A stretch of 64,000 nucleotides of DNA from Octopus vulgaris (Eukaryota): positions 10,354,001 to 10,418,000 of the forward strand of contig OX597830.1 in NCBI GenBank assembly GCA_951406725.2, written 5' to 3'. The translations under genes and the position numbers were made by a program. The notes beneath the pieces were generated by a model. That model was not told the origin of the DNA. It did no database searches and saw only the letters and a list, made by a program, of their open reading frames with translations. Position 1 is the first letter of the stretch; every line of letters begins with the position of its first letter. Shown one piece after another: positions 27,120 through 41,384 of the stretch.

Positions 27120-27590
27120 AGCTGTGGCCATGCTGGGGCACCGCCATTTGGTGTTGCTACATGGTTTTACTTCACGAAAGCTTTTTAGCAACTGCCATTT
27201 GGTGCATGAGAGAGTTCAATGCAGCTGCCCTCATCTACACCTCCTACCGTGAAGAGATCCAGTTTTATTTTAAAGACATCTGCATCCACCCCATGCAGGT
27301 CTCTTAGGTTCTTCGGGAGGATATTGAAGAGCTGTGAGCCTCGGAAGCCCAGGCTATCACATCATCTTGTCTTACATACATCTTGATGGCAAATTTGGAG
27401 TCCTTGGCACTATGCAGTGGCGTCCAGTTCTGGCATTTGTGTAACTCTCGATGCCAAAGTTTGGGACAAGTCCTAAGATCTTCCAGATGTATATTATGGC
27501 ATATCTTTCTCGCCTACGCTCTAAGGAATAGAGTCTCAATCTCTTGAGTCTTTCCCAATAACATATATGCTGCACAGAGGCTATCTTCTT
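27120..27590 (-). pseudogene. CR1/L2-group LINE 3' fragment with 3' UTR
   Basis: YWERLKRLRLYSLERRRERYAIIYIWKI is the typical CR1-group post-RT motif (ORF 27372-27575). Confidence 0.75.
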
Positions 27591-27640
<50 letters not shown>

Positions 27641-28023
27641 TGTTTGCTTATCTATTTATTTATTTATGTTCATTTCTGCTGTTGCTGGAAAATTTGGGTC
27701 TGTTTCCAATAACGATGACGTTGTATTATTTCAAATATATGCACGTTTACGACATTTGCAGACATGCAGATATATGTAAGTATGTATGTACGTAAACATA
27801 CATGCATGTATATACACACAAGCATATACATGTATATCTACTTTCATTTATATATATGTACATATAAATACATATATATATATGTACATATATTTATATA
27901 TATATATATATATGGCGTGAAGTATATTTGCCACTTCACTGTGGCTAACCCTCGCTCAGAGATTTATGATATATGTATATGCTTATCTATATATATATAT
28001 ATTTGTATGTGTGTATGTATGTA

Positions 28024-28067
<44 letters not shown>

Positions 28068-28399
28068 ATTATTCATATGTATATGTTCATATATATCTTG
28101 TTTATGTATGTAAGTTTTAAAAGTGTTTGCTGTAGATGTTATATCTTTGCATATGCTCTGGTATCAATATGTAGTTTATACAGTGACATGTTTGTATATA
28201 TAATGTCAGAATATATACATGCTTAAAAGATTATGCTTAAACATACATAAATACGTATAACTGTGTGTATGTACGTATGTCTGTGTGCAAAAATTACCAT
28301 GCATACATATAAATATATGTGCGCTTATAATTATGTACATATGCGAGTGCTATATCCCATGTGAACATATCCACAGTTACATACGCACACTCACATGCA

Positions 28400-29320
<921 letters not shown>

Positions 29321-31051
29321 ATATTGTTCACATATATTTTTTATACAAATAAGCAAACGTATATAAATATATATCATATTCACACAGATGCATGTATTTA
29401 CGTATGTTTATATAAGTATATATATATATATATACATACATACATATACGCAATAACATTATTGTTATACATATGTATGTCTATAGGTACATATGGATGT
29501 GTGTTAGTGTGTGAGAAGGAGATAGGGTGTATATTGCCACAAAGATATTGAAACCAGACACTATATTTTGACTTTTTGTCACAACTAGCACCAGTTGATA
29601 ATCAATTACCACACAATGAAATTAAGATTTTTCCAGAAGTTTCGTAAATTCTTTGTCTTTCTCTCTTTGTCTTTCTTTTTTTTTGTCTTTTTCCTACACC
29701 CTCTGACTCCTCCTCCGCGCCACACATTTTCATATGCAAAAACAAACAAACAAACAAGATTACGCCATCTCTAAAATACATACATAGATATATATATATA
29801 TATATATATATATTCATAGACATTGAGCCTATATCAAAGTCTCTCCTTTATTCACGTAAACAAGTACGCACATTCGAATAAAAATAATAGGGCAACTTGA
29901 CAGTTTATGCTTGAAAGCAACTAGTCTAAACAGGCATTGTTTCTGATGCCGCAACTGTTCTCATGATTAACAAAGGTTGTAAGAAGATACACCGACGGAA
30001 TGCACCAGAACGATTTGGCTGCAGATTGTTCTTGTTGAACTCAACCTCAATGAAAATGCTGAAGCTAACGAGATGGAAATTCTATCATGTGAAATCAATG
30101 TGTTAAGTGCTGTTGTGATTTTCGGTTGAAACTATTTCACACAAAATATGCTGTCACTTTTACTGTTAAACTTAATATGCAACGTTGTTCAAAACCACAC
30201 ATGGGCGCTTGAGAACCTCTGACAGAATTTCCGCGGTTGAAGGACAAATGAACTAATAGAATGCAGTCCTCATTCTACTTGCTTAAAATGTGGGCTTTTC
30301 TTATCAGCGCTATATTTATGATTTTGCTTAATATTTTGAACCATGGCCTCGTCGTTAAGTTTTAGTTACTACTTTATTTTCATCATATCAAGCGTTCAAA
30401 TAATTACTGGTATTGTTTCCTCTTCAATGCCACACATTCTACTTATTCCCATTTCAAAATCTTTGTATGATCCTTAACAGGTTTTCTGCCTTTTTCCGGG
30501 TAACATATGATCAATTTTAACACTCCTACCAGATCCATGATTGATTTCAGAGATGCTTCATTTTGTTACAAGAATTCGGATCATCATCCCATTATCATTA
30601 CTTCGAATACTTTTGTTCTGCAATCTATGAGATCCAGTTTTCAAAGGTGGATGCCGACCAACTCTTCAATCGTATTAGATTTGAAGGTATACACATAACC
30701 GATAGTTAAGAGTTTTGCTTCACAACTAGAGGTATTGAGCTTGGACCTAATATGAAGTATTTTTGGTAAGTGTCTTCATAACTTCGGAACAACCTCTGGC
30801 TTGAAAGTGATTTGGGGCAAGTGAAATCAGTCTGGGAGTACATCGTATGGGCTATACCTGTAATTAAAAATTGCTTTGAGAGTACGTGTCTGTGGAATAC
30901 TCGAACACCTGGCACGGTAATTCAGCAAATAGGTTGCACACTTGGTAGAACAACAGGTGTTTATACATCAAAACCAATAAGTCCATCATGTGTATAATGT
31001 ATACAAAATACTATAAACTTCAAACAGATCGATTCTGTAAAAGTATAATAA

Positions 31052-31370
31052 AAAAACGATAGACGTCGCCCTTTTCAAGCCTGACCAGGCTCATTGGGCC
31101 CGGTTTCCTGGTTTCTGTGGCGTATGTGTTCCCCCCAGCTGGACGGGACGCCAGTCCACCGCAGCGTTACACAAGAAACAGGAAGAAAGAGTGAGAGAAA
31201 GTTGTGACGAAAGAGTACAACAGAGATCACCACCACCCCCTGCCGGAGCTTCATGGAGCTTTTAGGTGTTTTTGCTCAATAAACACACACACAACGCCCG
31301 GTCTGGGAATCGAAAGCGCGATCCTGCGAACGCGAGTCCGCTGCCCTAACCACTGGGCCATTGCGCCTCC
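31052..31370 (-). mobile_element. SINE with family A head and an alternative tail; 14-bp TSD
   Basis: TSD TAAAAGTATAATAA at 31038-31051 and 31371-31384. Confidence 0.85.
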
Positions 31371-31682
31371 TAAAAGTATAATAATGGATGTTTACTTTCA
31401 CCCAATAAGTGATGAAAGGGAAGCATGATCTCAAGACACCAAAATCAGGTGGAGTAGTTACGAGCATTGTACTGAATAATAACAGTCGTCTTGGGCAGCC
31501 ATTCTCAGCGTTTGTTGGTCATGAATCTTTTAGGAACTCTCGTTGTATCTGGAAGGAGGCGGAACCTTGTTCTTTTAGTTGCCAGGTTTATTGATAAACC
31601 CGATGAGGAATTTTTTTTCTATGGAATTTGAAAGAATTTTATTTGTAAATAGAGTCTCGTTCTCAAACTGATTTCTGTAGCT

Positions 31683-32058
31683 CCTCTTTTACTCTTTTAC
31701 TTGCTTCAGTCATTTGACTGTGGCCATGCTGGAGCATCGCCTTTAGTCAAGCAAATCGACCCCAGGACTTATTCTTTGTAAGCCTAGTACTTATTCTATC
31801 GGTTTCTTTGGCTGAACCGCTGAGTTTCGGGGACGGTTGTCACGCGACGTTGGGGGGACAAACACAGACACACAAACATATATGCACCCACATACACATA
31901 CATATATATATACATATATACGACAGGCTTCTTTTAGTTTCCTTCTTCCAAATCCACTCACAAGGCTTTGGTTGGCCCGGGGCTATAGTAGAAGACACTT
32001 GTCCAAGATGCCACGCAGTAGGACTGAACCCGGAAGCATGTGGTTGGTAAGCAAGCCA
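31683..32058 (-). mobile_element. SINE family B
   Basis: Similar to 19671-20094. Confidence 0.85.
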
Positions 32059-32400
32059 CCCACTATCTTTTAATTCTTCTTTCACAAATACTGCATCATA
32101 CAACAAAATCCTGATAAAGTACAGCCATTCTGCAATATGCCAAGGCAAATAACTAAGAATACGACACAATACACATAATCTGTCGTTACATTCGGAGAGC
32201 CTGTCAGCAAGGTTTTCTTTAGGGATGTGGAGGCCAAACGCCTCCGGCTGAATATAGCAAACTTACTGCATCACTGGCGCTTAGCCTCAAGAAAAGCAAG
32301 ATTTCGGTCTGAACCGAAATATTGACAATTACATAAATATATATATGTATATATATATATATATATATATAGATCTGTGATTATCTGATAAAATGTGGGT

Positions 32401-32752
32401 TGTAGCTTGCTTACCAACCACATGGTTCCGGGTTCAGTCCCACTGCGTGGCATCTTGGGCAAGTGTCTTCTGCTATAGCCCCGGGCCGACCAATGCCTTG
32501 TGAGTGGATTTGGTAGACGGAAACTGAAAGAAGCCTGTCGTATATATGTATATATATATGTGTTTGTCCCCCTAGCATTGCTTGACAACCGTTGCTGGTG
32601 TGTTTACGTCCCCGTCACTTAGCGGTTCGGCAAAAGCAACCGATAGAATAAGTACTGGGCTTACAAAGAATAAGTCCCGGGGTCGATTTGTTCGACTAAA
32701 GGCGGTGCTCCAGCATGGCCGCAGTCAAATGACAGAAACAAGTAAAAGAAGA
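32401..32752 (+). mobile_element. SINE family B
   Basis: Reverse-complement match to 19671-20094, slightly 5'-truncated. Confidence 0.85.
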
Positions 32753-33063
32753 AAAGAAGAAGAAAAATATGTAGAAAAATACAAACTGGGACAAGAACGT
32801 AAAACATTTAGAAGACGATACAAAAAACACGGACGGGACATTCGAAGCCTTCAATCTTCAGTCAAGAACCGGATCATCCTCGCAATTTCGGCTGATATAT
32901 ATATATATGTTTCATGTTACGCTAAGACGAGTGGAGCAAAGTACCAGACTTTCGACTCGAGTCAAATGTAACATATGACACAAACATGAGTCTTACGTAG
33001 TTAATTACTTCAAAGTATTATAATTTGGTTTGACTTGATTATTACATGTGTGTGCGTGCGTGC

Positions 33064-33129
<66 letters not shown>

Positions 33130-33650
33130 ATATATTATACCACTTGCTAGTTTGTAATTAAGTCCGGTCTCCTTAATTAAGTGTTGGGAATATTTTTACA
33201 AATTAGGAAATTAATATAAATATTTAATTTCAATAAATATAATTTAAGATCTCGAAACTTTATGAGAAGGAACGTTTAGAAGACTCAAGTATAGTAGCGA
33301 CAAGAAGTTTTAATTACTCACAGGAAGTGCAAATTACGTTCTTCTATATATTACTACGCTTTTAGATACATAATACAGATATGCTTATTATATTTGTGCG
33401 TGTCTTCATGTATGTGAATACTCACACATATATGCATGTATATATATTTATATATATGTATATATATATTTATATGTATATATATATATATGAATATATG
33501 TATACACACACACACATATATATATATACATACATATATACGTAAGTGTGTGTGCGTGTGCACCTGCGGTTGTGCACCTTTATGTGTGCATATATATAAA
33601 ATATAGATAGATAGATATAATTATCTATCTATAGATTATATATATATATG

Positions 33651-33718
<68 letters not shown>

Positions 33719-33892
33719 TATTTCGATAGGTGAATAAATTATCCTATGTTTACCGTCAGCATGGAAAATTCGATGAACCGATAGCACGGTAGCAAATTCA
33801 CGTCAGAAACACGGTGGAGCGACCTGTCAGAGGGTAGAAACTCCGGGTTATGCAGAAATATATATGAATAGATAAAGAATATATATATTTAT

Positions 33893-34109
33893 ATATGTTT
33901 CGAAGACAACATAGTTTCATTCCAAAGGAATAAAGGGTGCAAGATGCAATCTTCTCATCAGGAAAGAAAGGGAACCTCTCTCAACAACAAGCAGTCATCG
34001 AAATTTTTGTCGTGTTGTTGAGAGAGGCTCCCTTTCTTTCCTGATGAGAAGATTGCATCTTGCACCCTTTATTCCTTTGGGATGAAACTATGTTGTCTTC
34101 GAAACATAT
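33893..34109. repeat. Inverted repeat, 97-bp arms with 23-bp spacer
   Basis: 33893-33989 versus 34013-34109, two mismatches by eye. Confidence 0.9.
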
Positions 34110-34123
34110 GTCGAAAGTAAAGG
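34031..34123 (+). ncRNA. Type I hammerhead ribozyme motif
   Basis: Stem I CCTTTCTTTC / GAAAG(T)AAAGG; core CTGATGA (34041-34047); stem II GAAGA...TCTTC; GAAA (34101-34104); palindromic stem III ACATATGT; GTC cleavage triplet ending at 34112. Confidence 0.85.
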
Positions 34124-35156
34124 AATTTTGCTAACATCTTCGTTCGACTCCATTCCTTTATCTATTCATATATATATATATATATATATGTATAATTAAG
34201 AGAAATAATCTCTATTAAGTAATATATATATATATATATATATACATTTCTGTAATGCACAAAAGAGGCTAAAAATAGAGGGGACACACAAGGACGACCC
34301 CGAAAGGATGAAAGGCAAAATCGACCTCGGCGGAATTTGAACTCAGAACGTAAAGGCAGACGAAATAACGCTAAGCTTTTCGCCTGGCGTGCTGACGTCT
34401 CTGCCACCACACCGCCTTTTCACGCCCGTATATTAATTTACGGATCATCCGGTGCTTGACTCCCAACTGAACGAAATAATGACCAATGATTGTTTGTGAC
34501 CAATGCAAACGGATAAATCGCGGCCATTCTTTAAAGAAATATCTGTGCGACTCATCAAGAAAAATCGCAGTAACACGAGTGGGGGGCATTCAGTGTATTC
34601 CAGTGTGAAATTTGGCGAAAATAATTGGAAGAAAGAAGCACCAAGAAAGACTAAACGTCCATTACATTTATAGAGATATCTTGCTCTGGGTGTTTATTTA
34701 TATAATCTTGTGTTTCTTAGCAATAATTCGAGACCTTCTTTAGCAATTTCTTGCAGTCTATTTCTTCTTTAGTCGCCATGTTTTTTATTTATATTTCCCT
34801 CTCTTTTCGTGAGATTGTTGAAGTGTTTTTCAGTTAAATTTACCTCCCCTTCACTCCCTACTTCACTTTTATATATCTCTCACTCCGCCTCATTCTCTCC
34901 CTCTCCCATTGTCTCTCTCATTCTTTCTATCTTTTTCCCTGTAAAATAAATATGTGCGTATGCATTTATGTTTGAATGTGTATGTATATATATGTATGTA
35001 TGTATATATATGTATGTGTGTGTGTATGCATGTATACGTGTACATATAGGCATATATATGTATGTCTGTATACGTATATGCATATATATGTGTGTGCGTG
35101 TGTGTATGTTTATATATATGTATGTTTATATATATGCATATATATATATGCATAAC

Positions 35157-35198
<42 letters not shown>

Positions 35199-35765
35199 AC
35201 ATGTATGTATGTATGTATATATGATATATATATATATAATATATATATATATATAATATATATGATTAATATATGATATATATATATATATGATATATAT
35301 ATGATATATATATGATATATATATAATATATATGATTAATATATGATATATATATCATATATATATATGACATATATATAATATATATATGATATATATA
35401 TGATATATATATGATATATATATGATATATATATATATATAATACATATATGATATATATATCATATATATAATATATATCATATATGTATATATATATT
35501 ATAATATATATATGTATATATATATTATAATATATATATGTATATATATATTATGATATATATATGTATATATCTATGTATATATGTATGTATGTGTATA
35601 TCTAGGTATTATACATAGTTCCCTTTGAGAACTACGCTAAGGGTACGCTTGTCTGCGGAGTACTCAGTCACTTACACATTAATTTCATGAGCAGGCTGTT
35701 CCGTTGATATCGATCAACTGGAACCTTCATCGTCATAACCGACGGAGTACCAGTTTATATATATG

Positions 35766-35816
<51 letters not shown>

Positions 35817-35820
<4 letters not shown>

Positions 35821-36365
35821 GATATAGTGTATATTTAAACACATAAGGCATCCACTTATAGGAATTCAACACGCTTGAAAGAACAGCTAGGTTCTATAAC
35901 CACAAAAATTAGGGATAAAATTCGACAGGAACATTTTACCATCTAGTTTCCTGGACCAATTGATTCCTGATTTTAGTTTACCGAGTAAAGGAACTCGATA
36001 GGTGTAATCTTCTTCAGCAGGACCGCCTAGGGTTAAATGTATATATACAGAACGACCAAAACTACTTGCCCTGTGTTTATACGTCCTAACTTTTTCAAAA
36101 TCTACTGCGCAGCCGCAGTCCTTCGCCGGCAATAAAGAAAAACAGCCAACTTTTAAAGTCATATCAAAGGGAAATGGAAATTAATTATACTTTACATTTC
36201 CAGTGGTCTAACGTGTAAAAAACTTCGTCAAAAAGGCTATATATTAGTTATACGATATAGTGCATATTTAAACACATAAGGAATCCACTTATAGGAATTG
36301 AACACGCTAGAAAGAACAGCTAGGTTCTATAAACACAAAAATTAGGGATAAAATTCGACAGGACC
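35817..36365 (-). mobile_element. pLTR/retrozyme-like element with ~115-bp terminal direct repeats (offset ~433)
   Basis: ATACGATATAGTG...AAATTCGACAGGA at ~35817-35930 and ~36250-36363; adjacent to (TA)n; weak hammerhead-like motif at 36190-36236. Confidence 0.6.
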
Positions 36366-37089
36366 GAATTGAAAAATGAAAAACATTTTACCGTTTATAT
36401 ATATATATATATACATGCATGTATGTATGCATGTATGTATGCATGTATGTATGTATGTATGTATGTATGTATGCATGTATGTATGTATGTATGCATGTAT
36501 GTATGTATGTATGTATGTATGTATGTATGTATGTATGTATGTATGTATGTATGTATAATTTTTCTTTGGGTTTTAAGTTCTTGAGAGTGTGCATGGCAGT
36601 TACTAAAGAAGCAGCAACACTTTTTGAGTTGCGAGACTTCCTGGTGTTTGTAAAATATGTGATTGAGTTGGTTTGCTGGTTGAACTGTCGATGCATGCAC
36701 CCGAGTGCGTGCATCTATTCAAATAAGAATCTCACATGGAGAATTTCTGTAACGTCATTAAAAATCTTCACCGTGCCACTAATAGATTGGAATCCACGTA
36801 TGTATGTGTGTGTTGTATCGCTCGTTCGTTGTTCGATATAACGGGATAATAATAATGTCCTCGCAAATCGCTCTACTCAAGATACTGGCAATAACGCTCG
36901 ACAATACGCAACTCTCGGCTTTACGCAGCTCAAATGACTCCCTTACACTCTCTGCGCATGTCCATTTATATTGTGGCACATTCATTAGGAGCCAACCAAT
37001 AGGGATGTTCTACTTCCACACGACAGTATGTATGTATGTATGTATGTATGTATGTATGTATGTATGTATGTATGTATGTATGTATGTTC

Positions 37090-38301
37090 AGACAAGCCCA
37101 AAAGTCATCAGATCATTTCAAAATATAATAAACCTTTTGTTTATTAAATATTCACGTTTATTCTTTTATAAACAATAAATACACTGTTTGGAAAACAATT
37201 TGATTAGCTTTGAAAATGATGCCCCGTCAAATGGTCGCCATTTCGTTCTTAACAATGGGGAGTTATTTCTTAAGAGAGTTCCATCCATCAACATTTTTTT
37301 ACTGTTCTTTGGCTTATTCCTTCAATTTCTTCGCCATAAATTGCTGGATCTGAGCAGATTACGCTAATCGTACCCGATAATCTGTTGGCTACAGTTCCTG
37401 CACTAGCTGCACTTTAGATGGGATTAAGGCGGCGAGCTGGCAGAAACATTAGCACGCCAGACGAAAGGCTTAGCGGTTTTTCGTCTACCGTTACGTTCTG
37501 AGTTCAAATTCCACCGAGGTCGACTTTGCCTTTCATCCTTTCGGGGTCGATTAAATAAGTACCAGTTACGCACTGGAGTCGATATAATCGACTTAATCCG
37601 TTTATCTGTCCTTGTTTGTCCTCTCTCTGTTTAGCTCTTTGTGGGTAGTAAAGACATAGGTATTTCATCTGCCGTTGCGTTATGTGTTCAAGTTCCGCCG
37701 AGGTTGACTTTACCTTTCATCCTTTCGGGTTTGATAAATTAAGTACCAGTTACGTACTGGGGTCGATCTAATCGACTAGCCCTCTCCTCAAAAATTTCGG
37801 GCATTGTGCCTATAGTAGAAAAGAAAAAGATGGGAATAAATTCAGCATCCTTCAACTCCTCTGTAGAGAACTTCGGGATATGACCAGCTGCTAGGACCAC
37901 CATCGGGTCGGTGTTGAAGGGTCTTCTTTAATGCTCCGCTGTACACAATGAATGTTATACTGAGACCTTCCTGAATGTAGCCTTCCCATACGTGATAAAT
38001 CAATAACAGCCCCCTTGTTGTTCAAACCGCTGGAATAAGTTGAGTACTGCTTTTTTAGATGGTGGTTGTCTGACCTGAAAATGAAGAATGTAAGATCTTT
38101 AAGTTAGCACAATTGATCGTTGATTTTGGTTGATAAAATTTGATTACTTTTACTTCATGCTCTGTAGTGAGTTTCTCCATGATAATTTTCCAAGAATTAC
38201 ATTTCAATAATCTGAAGAAAAAAAAAAAGAAATTTCCAAAAATTAATTGTAAACTGTTATTATAGTTTAAAATGGTCTGGTGACTTTTGGACCACCCTGT
38301 A
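37090..38301 (-). mobile_element. Degenerate Tc1/mariner-superfamily element with nested SINE C (37426-37827)
   Basis: Imperfect TIRs CAGACAAGCCCAAAAGTCATCAGATCATT / AATGGTCTGGTGACTTTTGGACCACCCTG; transposase-like N-terminus MEKLTTEHEVKVIKFY; SINE flanked by AGATGGGA(T/A)TAA at 37416 and 37828. Confidence 0.65.
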
Positions 38302-38928
38302 TTTGTATATACCTGTGTATACGCCAAAGTTACAGTTTTTAAATGAATAGGCAATTCGGGATATTAAGTCTTATCGGATATTTGCTTAAACTAAATATTT
38401 GGCTTCTACTCGCGTTTCATATCCAACAGTCTTGACATTATATCAAATACTCATACATATGGGTGTGTATGCGCGCGCATATATATATATATATATATAT
38501 ATACATATGTGTGTGTGTGTAAGTATATATAAATATGTATATATGTAAATATATATATATCAGAGAACATGATGACCACCCATAAAGAAAGCCATATTTA
38601 TTTCCCCTCTAGATTCCTTCCACTTTCATTCATATATTTATATATTTTTATATATTTAAATTTATGAAATCTTTCCTTATCTTATCTTCATAATCTTTTT
38701 TCTTCTTTTTCCCCCTCCCTCACTTATTCCTACCTTTTCCATCCGAAATGTACTTCTCTTCTAATACGTATTACAGTTATTGCTATTGTATTCCTCTTCT
38801 TCCCTCTCTATTTCCTTTCTATCTTCCATGTAAATTTCCGCTTCTACTCCTATCTCTTCCTCCTACTACATCATTATCCTTGTTTAACCGACACAAACAT
38901 CTCCTGTTACCTATCCTCACACACTTAC

Positions 38929-39082
38929 ACATATTACTGCCTGTGTTGTCGTTATTATGAAACTCCGCCGCTGAACTGGATCCGAGCAACCGACGTAGAT
39001 TGGTCCCAGAACAGCTCAGCCAGACCCAACCTGAACTTATATATCGGACTACTGCAGTTCCTTTGTCTACCAACTTTCCCAT
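38929..39082 (-). CDS. Candidate first coding exon of an unidentified host gene (51 codons + 1 nt)
   Basis: Kozak GCCATGG with ATG at 39082-39080; open frame MGKLVDKGTAVVRYISSGWVWLSCSGTNLRRLLGSSSAAEFHNNDNTGSNM; GTAAGT donor at 38928-38923; non-repetitive GC-elevated island. Confidence 0.45.
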
Positions 39083-39592
39083 GGCGTCTAATTTCTTTCC
39101 ATACAATATCAACAACAACAACAATAACAAAAACAACAACAACGATAAGAACAATAATGACAATAACAATAATATATAAATAAAGTATTTCGATAAAGTT
39201 CGGTGAAATAAAATGTCTCAGAGGGTCTGAGAGACAACGTTCTCCTTTTTGTTTCCGTCGTGGATATTTACCATGGAGAGAAAATAAGAGAGAATGAGGG
39301 AGAGAGAGAGAGAGAGGGAGAGACGGAGAGAAGGAGAATGAGTGGGTGGGGAGAATGATGGAGGAAGAGATAGAGGGACTGAGGGGGGATGGAGGTGGGA
39401 AATAAAAACAAACAAATCATCAAAGGGGAGAAAAGAAGGTGAAAGAAATAAGCAAATAAGGAAGGAAGGAAGAGAGGAATGAAAGAATGAATGAATGAAA
39501 GAAAGAATGAATGAAAGAAAGAAAGAAGGAAAGAATGAAAGAAACAAAGAAACGAGCAAACAAATATTCCAACAAACAACAAAGAAAGAGAG

Positions 39593-39647
<55 letters not shown>

Positions 39648-40209
39648 GGTGTGCTATCAAAGAAAAAAGATGAAATGTGAGGGAAACACAAAAGAGAAAT
39701 TAGTTTAGTGCAAGAAAGGACGTCTCTGGATCTTTCTAGACTGATTGCGGCTGTTCATTTTTGTTTGATTTTCCTTTGTTTAATGTCTGTAATGATAAGT
39801 GACTCGTCATCTCAGAGACAAATATATATTGCAAGTGACATAGATGAGAGACAGATATTCGTTTAGTTCTGTGTTATGTCAGACCTGCATGACTTCAGAA
39901 TTCGAATGGCGCTGAATGTACAGAGATGAGGGACATTATTACAATCAAATACTAGTCAGTCAATCAAGAAGGCAGGCTGTCACATCAGTTAGGGGTCGGT
40001 GCGTTGTAGAGCAGTCGAGAGAAAGGCCCCTGAAACAGTGAATATTCTCCCCTTATGAATATACATACATACATATATACGTGGCACTCCGTCGGTTACG
40101 GCGACGAGGATTTCTGTTGATCCGATCAGTTTCACAGCCTGTCGAATAACGATACTCCATTGTTAAAAATTCGCTCCCACAGTTTCCCTTACAAAGGTAG
40201 TTAATGTAA

Positions 40210-40848
40210 TCTATATATATAAATTTGACATGGGCGATTCTTTATTGTCTTGGGATTCACGGTCAAACGGTTGGGTGGAATTGCCCGAAAACAGATGTGT
40301 AGAATGATCCAGTGGTGTTGCTGGGCTTTGTATTTTTTTCATAGCTCCCATGGTTACTGAGATAATCTACTATAATAATACTCATGTGTTTATAAATGAG
40401 AAAGGAAGGGGTGATAGATGAATAAGGAAGGGGTGAGTTCATACTTGGTAGTGGGATGATGAAAATTGTACGCTGAAAAAATAAATCAAACAGCGTTTCA
40501 AATCTGTGTGAATATATGTGTGTGTATGTAAAAGGGGGGTATGTGCGTGTGCGTGTGTGTGTGTTTGTGTGTGCGTGTGTGTGTGTTTGTGTGTGCGTGT
40601 GTGTGCGCGCGCAATAGAATAGGATGGTTCATCTTTGTTCGCTTAGTATTTGAGTTTCTTTTTCTGATTTGGTTGAATCTGGGTTGGGTTTTTTTATTGG
40701 TCAATTATTTTTAGCGTTTTGACAGAAAAAGTCATTCTAAAATTGTTTTTTAACGTAAGCGTGCCCAAACAAGTCGAATGCTTACACAGAACAGGTTTTA
40801 CAGCCACATCATCCAAACCGACCGGGTGAAAACTGGCTTAGCTGCTAG
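40210..40848 (+). mobile_element. Non-autonomous Helitron-like element
   Basis: A|TCTATATATATAAA start; imperfect hairpin CCGGGTGAAAACTGG followed by GCTAG|T. Confidence 0.55.
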
Positions 40849-40859
40849 TGTAGAATATA

Positions 40860-41083
40860 TACGACGGGTTTCTGAAACGTTCCTGGCTTTCAGGTTATCG
40901 CAAAAGGCCAGGTCGGTGGCTCAACTTTCCGAGTTATTTTATAGGGCTTAGAAAAAAACTGCAGGACTGCAGCAATAAGTATGTGAATCTGAGAGGGGGA
41001 TATGTTGAATAAAACTATAAATAACTGATCCTTTTATACTTTTGTTTACCCAAAATTCAGGAACTTTTCAGCACCTCCTCATA
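40860..41083 (+). mobile_element. mariner-derived MITE
   Basis: Imperfect TIRs TACGACGGGTTTCTGAAACGTTCCTG / CAGGAACTTTTCAGCACCTCCTCATA; residual NKYVNLRGGYVE* mariner C-terminus. Confidence 0.65.
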
Positions 41084-41129
41084 TGTATGCATGCATGTAT
41101 ATTTTTTTAATTATATATATATATATATA

Positions 41130-41288
41130 GTCACCATGATAGATCGTTAGCCACTACACACATTTTTTTTTTCTCTCCTTGTTTTTTCTGTGTCCATTTC
41201 TGTAGAAGAGCGTAGGCTTGAAACGTAAAAAACTTTTTCTATTCCTGAGCGTTATACTAATACATCTGCTTGTTTTCTACACCACCTG

Positions 41289-41295
<7 letters not shown>
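41130..41295 (+). mobile_element. Solo Penelope pseudo-LTR related to 57290-57500, with hammerhead-like motif
   Basis: Reverse-complement similarity to 57330-57500; TTT CTGTAGA AGAGCGTAGGCTT GAAACGTA AAA at 41197-41230; (TA)n on both sides. Confidence 0.7.

Positions 41296-41384
<89 letters not shown>

Noticed and set aside
32820-32895. Minus-strand CTGAAGA...CGAA hammerhead candidate
   Set aside because: GAAT instead of GAAA and no stem I closure; possibly a pLTR scrap but unsupported.
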